NCBI RefSeq assembly: GCF_006345805.1
Contig: NC_043002.1
Coordinates: 91,140,001 to 91,204,000, forward strand
DNA from: Octopus sinensis
Taxonomy: Eukaryota
DNA length: 64,000 bases
Direction of reading: 5' to 3'
Positions within the stretch are counted from its first letter, which is position 1. Every line of letters begins with the position of its first letter. The notes below the pieces were generated by a model. That model was given only the letters and a program-made list of their open reading frames with translations. It was not told the DNA's origin and did not search any database. Shown here piece by piece: positions 23,611 to 36,494 of the stretch. Position numbers and translations under genes: made by a program.

Positions 23611-24983
23611 ACAGTATTTTGTTTCTTATGTTCTGAGTCATAATAACCACCAGACATGACAATGCGTTTCATATATCTGCGTTCTATGAAATTAATATGA
23701 GGCATACACCTTGGTTTGTTTAACTAATTATACAGCAATCCGTTAAAATAAATAATCAAAAATTATTGTTCTCCTCACCACATTATCTATTTTAATTAAT
23801 CGAGATTTCGGTGCAACAGCTTGTTTAAAGCAATATTAAGTCTTCTTGTTATTTGAGTTACTTCGCTTGACTTTATTTAGTTGTTCTCATCAACCATCCC
23901 GCAATGTTTATCTCAGGTATCATTAGGATTAATTAAAGCTAAATCCGGCCGTATTAAGTGTATTGGTGCTTAATTATCTACAAGTGCATACTCTTGTGCC
24001 AATATAAGAAGCATCAATAACACATTCCTATATAAGATATCGGTTTTTCATATAAAGCAAATAAGTAATACTTTCCTGAACACACAGCTGACTTCTAATC
24101 CAAACTCTGGTCCCATTCACAATTTGCAACTTCTAGTTATGTCTATAAACAACAAACAAATCTCTATTGAAAATTTCATAAGACATATATAACACAGTCT
24201 GTTTAAATTTGGCTAGTGTTGTTACCAATGGCGACATCTATTTGTATTTGCTTCGAATAAATATATAAGATGTTATTCGTTTTCACAGTATTACAGTGCA
24301 TCGTATTCTTTAGTGTCATCTTTCGTTGTTCTTCAAATTCAAAACTAACTTCCGAGCCTCTGGCGACGTTATAGTTGCCATTTGATTTGGTTGACGAGGT
24401 GGAGGATGATAACGACCAGACGATAATGATGATGAAGATGATCGTTATTATTTTATTGGGAAGTGAATGAGTGAATGTATGAGCAAAAGCATATAGCGAA
24501 TTTGTATGTAGAGAAGAAGGTTGTGGCTTATATTATGGCCAACATTGTCAATTGATTAAAGAAGGCTTGTGTAGACTATATTGAGGTTCAATTTGGCCTG
24601 AACATGTCCATAGTTTTTCTACCTTGCCAGTAACAAAGATAAGACTTCCCCCCTAAGTATGTCAAATTAATTTTGTGAAATTAACTCTTAATTTCTTAAA
24701 ATTATCTCCCCTTTTCTTTGAGAGTCGTCAACAATTACCGCTAGACTTGTTGATTTCTTTCTCCTACAAAGAGGAACATATCAATTAATTGAGAATTTTT
24801 TGCGTATATTACTGAGTACTCTCTTAACTTATATAGGAAAGACATCTAAGGAATAACGTCCGCATTGATATTGATAACTTATCTAATTGCTTAGCTCAGC
24901 AGGTTTATTAATTGAACTGAGAAGAGAATGAAGTCGTTCGCAGCAAACGACTGTCTGCAGAAACAAGATGACTTCGGATTTTG

Positions 24984-25044
<61 letters not shown>

Positions 25045-25065
25045 TGTGCGTGTGTGTGTGTGTGC

Positions 25066-25108
<43 letters not shown>

Positions 25109-25135
25109 CGTGTGTGTGCATGCGTGCGCGTGTGA
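24984..25135 (+). repeat. (GT)n with GC interruptions
   Basis: Direct reading. Confidence 0.95.
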
Positions 25136-25749
25136 GTATAGATTATTGATAGGGGTAAGGTAAGAGAAAGCTGAGATGGAAATGTAGGAAGATAAATGGA
25201 AAGTAAAGTCAGGAAAAAAAAAGAAAATACGAAAATGAGAGAGAGAAAGAGAGAGGTGGTGTTGGAGAAAGAGTGTGAAACAAAGAGGAAGGAGCGAAAA
25301 GAGAGAGAGAGAGTAAAAGAGAAATAGAGGTAGAAGGAGAAAAGCGTGATTGATGTTTTCCACTATTCCAGTATGAAACCAATGATATATTATAACTCAC
25401 TGCTAGCAACATTCCCCGACTATAACAGATATAAATGAATTGAGCAACACAATCGTTGCTGCAGTCACTGGCTTTGTAAGTAAACATTTTCATTCGGTTA
25501 TGCAGAAAACTCTTTTATTTTTCCGTTCTCTTTTACAACTTCTGCTGCTTACGAAAGCAGAAATTAATTATACGCAAATCCTCTTTGCATTTCTGGAAAT
25601 AAATCAGGCCGATGATTATTAGTTTTGCTATGACAGACACGACAAAAGCTACTATTAATTGTCATTGTTCTTCTTCTTTCTGACGTTGCTGTCGTTGTTA
25701 TTGTTATTGTTGTCATTGCTGCTGCTGCTGCTGCTGCTGTTGTTGTTGT

Positions 25750-26335
25750 TAAGCAACAAGACGGGTAAGGGTGATTAGGTGATGGTCTAGGGTTTAGGGG
25801 CAGGAGACCCCCAGACTTTGGAAAAAAAGAAAAGCTTTGGTCGTCTTGTAGTTGAGAGCTCTTTGTTGACGCCCGACACCACTGGGAGGTGGCCTTCGAA
25901 GTCGCTGGAAATGGAGATCTCCGGGTCAAAATTCTTGAACGGCTGCTGCTGCCGCTTTGTTTGTTTGTTTGTTTGTTGAGCGAATCGGTCTTCGTCCCTT
26001 GGGAGAAGTCCGAAACGTGGTCCTTTGCTATTCGTAAGACCCGCAGAAAAGAAAGCAGATCAACCCCCCGACACCGAGAGCATCGATGGATGGATGAATG
26101 CGCATCCAGGCTCAGCGGTTGCGTAGGAAGTCGGGGACAAGAAACAGGAAGAAAGAGTGAGAGAAAGTTGAAGCGAAAGAGTACAACAGAGGTCGCCACA
26201 ACCCCTTGCCGGAGCCTCGTGGAGCTTTAGGTGTTTTCGCTCAATAAACACACACAACGCCCGGCCTGGGAATCGAAACCACGATCCTCCGACCGCGAGT
26301 CCGCTGCCTTAACCACTGGGCCATTGCGCCTCCAC
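25750..26335 (-). mobile_element. SINE family C head and body with alternative long 3' tail (variant C2)
   Basis: About 26140-26335 matches family C; sequence to the left differs from the standard C tail; left boundary approximate. Confidence 0.75.
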
Positions 26336-26709
26336 TTGCTGCTGCTGCTGATGATGATAATGATGATGATGAAACAAGGACAGAAATATTTCGAATCCTT
26401 ATCTACACCTACATTACTTTTCGACATGCCTACATAAGTGTGCCCCTAACTGACTTTGTTTCCTCATAACTTTCAGAAAAAAAGCATTTTTTTTTTCTAT
26501 ATGAACGTTTCTACAAATACGTTTCAGATTATATGTATATTCTGATTATATTAGAATTTGTTGTGTGAAAAATTTTCCAGAAAAAGGGGAGAGGAGGTTC
26601 GGAAAATTCACACGAATCAACCTTGCTTCCTTCTAACTTTCAGAAAAATGGGTATCAATTTTATGAAATTTTCTACAAATTCCTTTCAGTTGGTATAGGT
26701 TATGATTAT

Positions 26710-27013
26710 CATCGTGATCACCGTGACCGACCAGGCTATCAGATGTTGCTATACATCGCTGGTCACAAAGCGCTTTAGCCTTCAAATGACGCCACACCGC
26801 TGGCTAAGCGAGCAGGCCAACAGAAGAAAGAGCGAGAGAAAGTTGTGGCGAAAGAGTAACGGCAGAGATCGCCACCATCCCCTGCCGGAGCCGCGTGGAG
26901 CTTTAAGTGTTTTCGCTCAATAAACACTCACAATGCCCGGTCTGGGAATCGAAACCGCTATCCTACAATCGCGAGTCCGCTGCCCGAACCACTGGGCCAT
27001 TGCGCCTCCACGA
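26710..27013 (-). mobile_element. SINE family C head and body with a third 3' tail (variant C3)
   Basis: Shared body from about 26822; distinct tail; TSD ttatgattat at 26700-26709 and 27014-27023. Confidence 0.82.
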
Positions 27014-27098
27014 TTATGATTATATCGGAATTAATAGGATAAAAAAAAAAAATTATGGCCACGCATACATACATACCAGCATGCATCACACATATATA

Positions 27099-27480
27099 GA
27101 AGCACTCTGTCAGTTACGACGACGAGGGTTCCGGTTGATCCGATCAACGGAACAGCCTGCTCGTGAAATTAACGTGCAAGTGGCTGAGCACTCCACAGAC
27201 ACGTGTACCCTTAACGTAGTTCTAGGGGATATTCAGCGTGACACAGAGAGTGACAAGGCCGGCCCCTTGAAATACAGGTACAACAGAAACAGGAAGTAAG
27301 AGTGAGAGAAAGTTGTGGTGAAAGAGTACAGCAGGGATTACCACCATGCCCTGCCGGAGCCTCGTGGAGCTTTAGGTGTTTTCGCTCAATAAACACTCAC
27401 AACGCCCGGTCTGGTAATCGAAACCGCGATCCTACGACCGCGAGTCCGCTGCCCGAACCACTGCGCCATTGCGCCTCCGC
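27099..27480 (-). mobile_element. SINE family C (standard tail)
   Basis: Matches 10792-11182. Confidence 0.9.
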
Positions 27481-28050
27481 GATTATGATTATATCGGAAT
27501 TAATAGGATTAAAAAAAAAAAAAAATTATGGCCACGCATACATACATACTAGCACGCATCACACAGATACCTACAAAATGAAACTAGAAATTTAAAAAAA
27601 AGATTTATGATGTGTGTCAGTATGTACGTGAGCACAGGCATCAGTTTTTTTTTTTCAAATTAAATTCCGAAATAATCGTAATTTACACCATCTGAATGGT
27701 ATTAACAGAAAATTTCATTAAAAATACCCATTTTTCTGAAAGTTATGAAGAAACAAAGTCGGTGAGGAACACACTTGTATAGGTATGCATATATTCCTAC
27801 CGTATTAGACAATTTTAGAGAATTTTAGTTACCAATCTAGAATTGTCATTCATTTTGCTGTTATCTGAATGCAGATCAGTCCTGGTCTTGTGGGATCATT
27901 CCATATTGTCTTGTTCGCTTCTTTTAAAAGAATTCCAACTTGTATTTGATGTGAACTAACGAAACAGTCGTCAATTATACCATACTGTGGGTACTTCACA
28001 ACAGATCTTACCGATTTACAGCCAAGTGGAGTGAGCTACAGTTTCTCAGT

Positions 28051-28108
28051 TTCTTCTTCTTCTTCTTCTTCTTCTTCTTCTTCTTCTTCTTCTTCTTCTT
28101 CTTCTTCT
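28051..28108 (+). repeat. (CTT)n microsatellite
   Basis: Direct reading. Confidence 0.95.
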
Positions 28109-29319
28109 CCATCATTTCTTAAAGGATGAGATAAATGTCAATGGAAAGTTCCAACGATTGTCTAGTACTAAATGTTCCAGCGAGACTGTAGATTCCATTC
28201 TTATATGAGCCCGGTACTATTTTATTAATATCATGGTAAAAAAAAAAGAAAAAAAAAGAAATGGAAAATAACTATAATTAACTCCTGTGTGATTTGAACT
28301 CAGAACTGTACACTACTAACAGAAATATCTGCCAACTTAATCAGCCAAATTCAATTCGCTCTGAAGTTCCACCAATTAAACTCCCACCTTGTTGTTGCTG
28401 TAATTCCTTATTGTCGATGATGATGGTAATGATGATGATTATGGATGTTGAATCTGCAAAATCAGTTGCAATATGTATCTTCCAGTCAAGCTGTTTGATA
28501 GACCATTCCAATACACACACATTGCACCGTTTTATACATTTAAGCTGTTTTTGACAGAGTAAATATATATATTAAGCGCTTTCAAATGTATTTGTAAAGA
28601 TATGGAAACTGACAAAACGCAGTTCTTCGCAACAAGACTACAACTGCTCCCATCCATTCCCCTACCCCGTCACTGTCTCCGATACCACCATTGTCTTCAC
28701 ACTGTGTCCGCCACCACATCCACTGGCATCAAAGCTTGTTTAATCGCTCTTTGAATAAGGCTCTGTCACAAAACTTACGAAACCATTGTCAAAGTAAATG
28801 TATTTAGTCTAAGATAGTCTGAAAACGCCAAACTATTGGCGTTCTCTTACATTGCTGCCATATTCTAATCACATTTTGATGTTACCTTCCTTCTTATAAA
28901 TCGGTTCTAATCATAAATGAAGAACTATCTATACAGAAAATGCTACAAGAATTATATAATTGAAATGTCTTATTTTCCGTTTTCTTTCATGTTTCTTCTT
29001 TTTTGTTTTTTAGTTTTCTATTTTTCTATTATTGTTCTTTTCTCTCCTTTCTTTATAGCTTTTCATTTCTTCCTTTTCTTTATTTATACAATTTTTTCTA
29101 GATTTTTTTTCTTCTTTCACTTGTCTTTATTTTTCTTTCTTCCCATCCATCTACATCATCATCCATCCATCCATTCAACTTTTTCCTTTATGTGTACAAC
29201 ATACATTGTTCACTGCTTCTCAGTGGAAGTGTCTCACTGGAGCTGCATGAATACATCAATGAAACATGCCTCTATTTTACTTTATTAAGTTACAGAGTGG
29301 AAAAAAAATATGCACACGT

Positions 29320-29361
<42 letters not shown>

Positions 29362-30364
29362 AGAGTCACATGCATGCGCAGAGAGCAATGAAGAGTGAAA
29401 CTTGATGCTTACTGTTAACTTACTACTCCACCTCAAATTCTTGCGCACTCACAAATAAATGCACTTCATTTACCTGACTACTGATACGAACATACACAAT
29501 ACAACCATGTGATCTAACGTAGCTTTCTGCTGTGCACTTGTGACATTTATATCTTTCGTTATGAGAATAACATTATAAGTGAACTGACTGCTACGTTGGA
29601 TCGAAACTTGATTGAGAGTAAATTTCAGTTAATCGTTCAAGTTAATCGTTCACCTAAAGTTATTTTACCATTAATGTCTTTAAAAACATAACTGCCTTAT
29701 TCGTTGCTTCCTATGATATTCATTATTTTCGATCTTAGTTCTACTCCCTAAGATTTCAAAGTATTGAATACGTTTAAGAAAAAAAAAAAAAAGGCCACAG
29801 CCATATTTTTAATGGCAATTGGTTGAGTCGATGGGGGCATTGGCGCTGTAGCGTGAACTTTGCAAAGTGCCTTAAAACTAAACATAAGCAGAAGGAGCAT
29901 TGGGTAATCAATGGTTTTAATATCTTCAGGCCATGAAGATAAGTATAAAGCTTGAGCTGTAACTGTGTAGTTGCTCATTTCACATATACTTTGTTCCTAT
30001 ATTTTCCATCCTGCAAAGAAATAGGTTCCGCCTGAGATGTATTAAAAGGTGCAGTCATTTCTGGTACTTCAAATATCCTAGGTTTTACAACATTCAAAGT
30101 CCATACTTCATGAGGTTAAAGGTAAATAGTTGTTACACACAAAGCGTTTGCTCCAACAAAGAAAATCTATTGAAGTGCTTTCATTTTTATGGAGAGAACT
30201 ATACATCAATAGGGTACCAACTTTATTGAATTTTGTGGAGTGAAATTATGGTTGTTGCGTTTGATCCATTCTGAACTGGTTTATTGTAGGTGTGGGTCAA
30301 TGGAATTCGACTTTGTTATTTATGCTTCCGAGTTCTATCGAGTTATGTTATTAGGTTAAACTAA

Positions 30365-30590
30365 GGCGGCGAGCTGGCAGAATTGTTAGCACGCCGGGCG
30401 AAATGCATAACTGTATTTCGTCCATCTTCACGTTGTGAGTTCAAATTCCACCGACTCGACTTTGCCTCTCATCCCACCGGGGTCAATGAAATAAGAACCA
30501 GTTGACTACTGGAGTCGATGTAATCGACTAGTCCCCCCCCCCCCCCCAAAAAAAAAAAATCTCAGGCCGTGTGCCTTTAGTAGAAAGTAT
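30365..30590 (+). mobile_element. SINE family A (tail type 2, poly-C/poly-A expansion)
   Basis: ggcggcgagctggcagaa head; gagttcaaattcc B-box. Confidence 0.85.
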
Positions 30591-31079
30591 AATTAGGTTT
30601 AAATCAATTATTACCTCAATGACTGAAACCAGCAACAAAATGATAAAATCTGAATAAAAAATCAGCATTGTGCACCCTAAAACGATTTTTTCACCCTTAG
30701 AAGATCCTTAGTGCGAATATGAAGAACGGCTCACTTGATCCTATTTAGGGGTTCTGTGGTTGGTAAAAGAAAGGGAGGTAGTTATTCTCGGAGTAGAGAC
30801 TTGTCCGAATATGTCGTTTGGTTTAATATCATCGCATAGTGCCAAGGAATCTGATGGCAACAAATTGAGTCTTTTTGCCCAAAAGCAGGAACAGTTCCTC
30901 AGACAGTCTTCCACACAGTTTCTGTCTATTCACTCAAAAAGCGTTGATCAGCCCAAGGTGTCGCTTCATAAGACCAAGCTCGAAACAACGTGTTTGCGAA
31001 GCGAAATTTAAATCAGTCACACCACCATTTGAAACAAAAGTAAAACTTCTTTCGAATGTTGAAATATTATTGTAGCCAA

Positions 31080-31125
31080 TAGTAATGGCAGTGGTAGCGG
31101 CAGCAGTAGCAGTAGTAGTAGTAGC

Positions 31126-31162
<37 letters not shown>

Positions 31163-31381
31163 ATAGTAACAACAGTAGCAGCATCAGTAGCAGTAGTAGT
31201 AGTATTAGTAGTAGTAGTAGTAGTAGTAGTAGCAGTAGCAACAGTAGCAGCAGCAGTAGCAGTAGTGTTAGTATTAGTAGTAATAGTAGTAGTAGCAGTA
31301 GCAGCAGTAGCAGTAGTAGTAGTATTAGTAGTAGCAGTAGTAGTAGTAGCAGTATCATTATTACTATTATTATTATTATTA

Positions 31382-31474
<93 letters not shown>
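31080..31474 (+). repeat. Composite (GTA/GCA)n-(TTA)n-(GTA)n array
   Basis: Direct reading. Confidence 0.95.
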
Positions 31475-31475
<1 letters not shown>

Positions 31476-31479
31476 CTCA

Positions 31480-31560
31480 TCTCTCTATATAATAATAACC
31501 AATATAGATGTTTGTTTGTTTGTTGGTTGGTTGGTTGGTGTAATGATCTCCAGTGTCAAG
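31480..31560 (+). mobile_element. Possible 5' end of a non-autonomous Helitron
   Basis: TC..tatataataa..gtttgtttgttggttgg pattern similar to 15688 and 33912; no 3' end seen. Confidence 0.3.
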
Positions 31561-31899
31561 CGTCACATCTTAAAGAAAGAAGGGAGGGGGGCAGAATAAA
31601 AGAGAGATACAGTGAGAGTTAACATAAAGGGTGCAAGATGAATGCACATAAGAGGCTTGGTGGCAGGCAAAGAGTAAAAGAATGCCGCGCACACATACAC
31701 ACGTACGCTCACAAAGAGTAAGATAGAAAGAATCATAGGGACAGAGGAGGAGGAGGAGGAGGAATAAAAGACAGTTGTTATGGGATGAGTTATACAAACG
31801 AAAAATCTTTTTAATATAGTTTTATTTTAAGTTATATGTTTTTACATTATTTACATTATTTAAAATTGATGGATATTTGTCCTCATTTTGTTTGTTGTT

Positions 31900-31945
31900 A
31901 ACACAATGTTTTGGCTGATATACCCTCCAGCCTTCATCAGGTGTC
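31900..31945 (-). ncRNA. Minimal type I hammerhead ribozyme motif, decayed (GAAA to AAAA)
   Basis: Minus strand: gacac-CTGATGA-a-ggctg(gagggtatat)cagcc-aAAA-cat-t-gtgtt. Confidence 0.6.
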
Positions 31946-31991
31946 TTGGGGAAATTTCTAACCTGGGTTCTCATTCATAAGGTATTTTTCG

Positions 31992-32030
<39 letters not shown>

Positions 32031-32075
32031 TTATTATTATTATTCAGGTCACAGTATTATGGCATATTCAGGTCA

Positions 32076-32172
32076 CGGGCATATGGGGTAGTAGTTAAGA
32101 GCGCGGGTTAATAGCACCAAGATTCCGAGTTCGATTCCAGGCAGTGACCTGAATAATAATAATAATAATAAT
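32076..32172 (+). mobile_element. Short tRNA-like Pol III head followed by (TAA)n
   Basis: tggggtagtag A-box-like; gagttcgattcc B-box; ends gtgacctgaataataat. Confidence 0.7.
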
Positions 32173-33289
32173 GACTTCATTTATTTGCCACCAGGGCGAA
32201 GGATGAGCGGGAGAAGAGTGAGCGGATTACGTATAATAATAAAATGATAAAAAATAAGTATAGATAGTATATGTTAGGAAAGAAGGGGCATTTGCATAGC
32301 ATAGAAATGTAAAAAAAAAAACGAGGGAGGATGAAAGAGATGTGGCCCTCCTGATACAGGAACGTCTTTAGGGAAATTCGAGGAACTCCACTGTCCGAGA
32401 GCTCCCTGAAACCCTAGGAGCAAGTGCACTCTCCAATTTCTTCTCTCTGACTCACAGGTCTACACCTATAGAGGTACCATCCACTCTTGCCATTTTCGCA
32501 ACTTTCACTCACCTTTCAATAAACTCACTCGAGTATAGCGCTTCATTCTCCACTCTCAATTTCCCTTTCAAGTGAAACTTGAAGAAGTCAATGAGAGATC
32601 TGCCAAAGAGGAATGTATCTGTCCTCATGTCTATCTGCCTTGTCTACCAAACAACCTCTTTCGCCACAGCCACCAGGCAAAGGAAAACTACCCTGCATGC
32701 CCGACTGAAGGAGGGCGGCAGTTCGATCATCACTACAGACTCGGCCCACAGACGGATCCGTCCCACACGTGACAGCATCTGTTCAACAAGTCAGCAATGC
32801 CCAGACACTGAAACAGGGTGTGCAGACGGTTTCCTCACTCTGCGCACCTCGGACAAATCCGTCTGAGAGCACATCCGTGCCTGTAGAGTTTATCTCGAAC
32901 CGGTAGCGCCTCCGGTAGCACTGCTAGGCCAAGGACATCTGGAAATTATCCATGATAGTTTCCCGACCGGAAAGGTCTCCGGAACAGACTAGCCAGTTCG
33001 TTTTCCTCGGTGCTCAGAGTCTCTCCGAGAACGTCGTCACACTTTGCCGCCATTAATTCTCCACCGATCCCATTGCCCGACTGGTAGAGGATTGTGAGCA
33101 CCTGACGGCATTCTAGGTGCCAAACGCCCAGTCTCGGTCTTTACTTCACCCAGGACTGCAGCTCCTTCATACGTTCAGTGTCCAGAAATCGTTGCCGGTG
33201 GCGTAACCTAAGCGCGTGTCTGCGCATTAGGAGACACGGCATACCTAATGCGCCACTCAGATGATGCTGGCAACAGACTGACCGCCTGA

Positions 33290-33292
<3 letters not shown>
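32173..33292 (-). mobile_element. 3' portion of a Tx1/L1-clade LINE (zf-RVT region and 3' UTR)
   Basis: Minus strand: SLA*QCYR..ALPVRDKLYRHG..ICPRC..HTLFQC..FLCLVAVAKEVVW..FFKFHLK; AATAAA at about 32180, then (ATT)n tail. Confidence 0.82.
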
Positions 33293-33345
<53 letters not shown>

Positions 33346-33384
33346 GTATGTATATTTATATATTTATATGTGTGTGTGTGTGTG

Positions 33385-33545
33385 TGACTATCTGTGTTTA
33401 CGTCCCCGTAACTCAGCGGTTTTGCAAAGAGGCCGATAGGATATGCACTAGGCTTACAAAGAATAAGTCCTGGAGTCGATTTAATAGACTAAAGGCGGTG
33501 GTGCTCTAGCATGGCCGCAGTCAAATGACTGTAAGAAGTGAAAGA

Positions 33546-33548
<3 letters not shown>
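33385..33548 (+). mobile_element. SINE family B 3' half
   Basis: tgtttacgtccccgtaact...gcatggccgcagtcaaatgactg. Confidence 0.8.
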
Positions 33549-33589
<41 letters not shown>

Positions 33590-33911
33590 ATATGTATATA
33601 TAAATAAATAAATATATATATATTTGTGTGTGTGTATGTATATTATGTATATATATATATATATATAATATATATATAAATATATATACAACAAAAGAGA
33701 TTAAGAAGGAGGTAATCAGGAAGGATTTTAGGGAAAAAAATGTGAAGTATGAATATTTAGTGGATATTGAGTTTTGTATTAATAAATTACCTTTGGTTTT
33801 TTTTTTTTTGATAAAATTCTGGCGACAAGGATTAACTCTGGAACACCCCACATCCGTATAGCTTGTGAATTTAGAATGTTTAGATTTGCGATACTTTCCC
33901 TTTATTTGCTA

Positions 33912-34547
33912 TCTTACTATAATGGGTGTTATGTCCGTCTGTCCATCTCTTTGTCTGTTCCCTCTTCACGGCCAGACAGCTGGACTAATCGTTATGAGAT
34001 TTTTCGAGATTACGAAGACGGCCGTCAAGAAGGTTTTTAGCATTAAAAAAACAGTATGATTATTTCGTGGGTATCGATTTTTGAATTGATAAGCCACCTT
34101 CGCATTTTTATTAAAAATTCATCGAACACGCGTAACTCTTGATTTTCATCGTATAGTTCGTGGCTCCATCATAGATGCGAAGTTGATCGCGAAGATGGTT
34201 AATAGCGAAAATTAAATGGAAAACGTGCGAGTGATCATTTAGTGGTATTTGAAGTTTGTTTGTCTCGAGCAGGATTCGAAACGGCTAATCGAAGCGGTTG
34301 TTGTTTACATCTTATTTTTGTCAAATCAAAATAACCCATGGTACCCGAACATCCAGACATTATTCGCATAGAATAGTGAGAGGTAAGAGTCAGTTGGATC
34401 TTTTAAAATCCTTAAGATTCCACTGGCGCATTCACAGCAAACAAAGCACAGGGCCAGATTTTAGGCTCTTATAAGTGTATTTTTACTCACTCCGATGTTT
34501 ATACACGGCCAGTTATACGTTGCTATGAGTTGAGCAACGGGCCCCAG
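33912..34547 (+). mobile_element. Non-autonomous Helitron
   Basis: 5' TC-ttactataa..gtccgtctgtcc; 3' hairpin cgttgct..agcaacg then ccag (decayed CTAG) before T. Confidence 0.6.
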
Positions 34548-34681
34548 TAATTTGAAAATTAGTGTCGACTAAACAGAAAATATCGTCAACAACGAAGTTT
34601 TGTAATCATATTGATATTATCAAAAGGAACATGATTCATAATTTAAATAAGGAAATTTATGAACTTTGAATGTATAAGAGC

Positions 34682-34972
34682 AGCGAAAACACCTAAAGCT
34701 CCACGAGGCTCCGGCAGGGGATGGTGGTGATCCCTGCTGTACTCTTTCACCACAACTTTCTCTCACTCTTACTTCCTGTTTCTGTTGTACCTGTATTTCA
34801 AAGGGCCGGCCTTGTAACTCTCTGTGTCACGCTGAATATCCCCGAGAACTACGTTAAGGGTGCACGTGTCTGTGGAGTGTTCAGCCACTTACACGTTAAT
34901 TTCACGAGCAGGCTGTTCCGTTGACTCGGATCAACCGGAACCCTCATCGTCGTAACCGACGGAGTGCTTCCA
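34682..34972 (+). mobile_element. SINE family C, 5'-truncated
   Basis: Reverse complement of the 10792-11085 body. Confidence 0.9.
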
Positions 34973-35339
34973 TAATCAAGCGTAAAATAGTGTACACAGC
35001 TAAAATAAAAGCATGTCTTAATGACATACTTTTCTTAATATTTTTTATGTAGTGGTCGCGAGAAGCACCGGCTTTCATTAGTAGTGGTCCACATAACCAT
35101 CCATGATACAGAGGGTGGGAGCCAATTTCCGTTCGGGAGTGAATCGTCATCGCATGTCACTTAGACGCAAACACATGTCATATAGCTGCAACAGAATGCT
35201 GTATCACCAATAATAATGTGATTTCCCTAAGACATCACCCAGTAATCTATGAAGTCTATTTACACATTTCTCAATACATACTGCTGTTATGACTTCCCTC
35301 TCTCATTTTATGCCTCCATCATATATGGGAAGATTTGGT

Positions 35340-35352
35340 AGTATATACAATA

Positions 35353-35408
<56 letters not shown>

Positions 35409-35413
35409 ACACA

Positions 35414-35453
<40 letters not shown>

Positions 35454-35700
35454 AACATACACATATATATATATATATACATATATATGATATATATGAT
35501 ATATATATATATATATATATATCATATAAATATATATCGCATATATATGATATACATATATCATATATATATGTATATATATATATATGTATGTATGTAT
35601 ATTTATATATCCTATATACATATGATATATATGATATAGGTATATATGATATACATATATATGACATATATATATATAAATATATATATATATATGATTG
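35340..35700 (+). repeat. (TA)n complex microsatellite
   Basis: Direct reading. Confidence 0.95.
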
Positions 35701-36328
35701 TTCCCCGTTCCCTCTCTCAAACTCTTCCTCCTTGACTCTCTCATCGCTGACACGTGACGAAAGGCAATCTATCTTTCTGTCCATTTCCTTCCTAAAGTTC
35801 AAGACATGCTTATACCTGTCTCCTCTCATAGCTCATCCTCCTAGCGTTCATAATAATCTTTCTGTCGTCTTGGCTCAACAACCCTCACCGTCTGTTTTTA
35901 CTGTCTTGTTCTCAATCTCTTGTTCTTGCTACCACTTTCGCCCTCCGCAAAATTCCCAAATTTTATTGAATTTGCTTTGCGCGAAGGACTGTTTTAATGA
36001 AGTCGCGTATTGTCCTTACCCTCGGAACGCGGAGTATATGAAACAGGGACAACTGATGAAGGGGAATATTCTTTATGTTACATGTCACGTTTCTCTATTT
36101 TTTTCGTTGTTCGAAAAAAAGTTCGTTTTCTATGTTTTTATTTTTATGTTTTCGTTTCTCATTGTGTTCAACGTTTTTTTGATGTCCTGTACCATATATG
36201 CATGTATATATACATATATATCATATTTATGTAGGTATGTACATATATGCATGTATATATATATGCATATATTTATATATTGTTTATATTATATATTATT
36301 TATATTATATGTATATATATATACATAC

Positions 36329-36360
<32 letters not shown>

Positions 36361-36494
36361 AATATATAAATCTATAAATCGGATGTACACGAAGTAGATC
36401 ATTTCTTGAAATAACAGCCGATAAGTTATCCGGGCCATGTAGAACTTCACTGAATGTTTAGAGGCAGAGAGGTTTCCGGGAGATGCGTTAGAGA

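Larger units (their letters stand above)
26425..27787. mobile_element. Foldback/MITE-like DNA element interrupted by SINEs
   Basis: aagtgtg...gactttgtttc.tcataactttcagaaaaa at about 26435 is inverted at about 27725-27780; inner arms (26620-26709 plus 27481-27570, against 27605-27750) are also inverted. Confidence 0.65.

Noticed and set aside
23700-24400. Old RLE-LINE fragment on the minus strand (IRPDLALINP motif)
   Set aside because: Only one short motif; surrounding translation not convincingly alignable by eye
25564-26230. 211-aa and 113-aa ORFs as a gene
   Set aside because: They lie within a SINE variant and simple repeats
30955-31000. Hammerhead-like motif (GAAA-caacgtGTT)
   Set aside because: The CUGANGA half is unrecognisable (ttcataa) and the stem I register does not fit
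32076-32154. Functional tRNA gene
   Set aside because: No proper acceptor stem or cloverleaf seen; (TAA)n tail and repeated end indicate a tRNA-derived repeat
35591-36397. 268-aa ORF, or opposite-strand LINE remnant at 35700-36010
   Set aside because: Both ends of the ORF are (TA)n; no recognisable domain motifs on either strand
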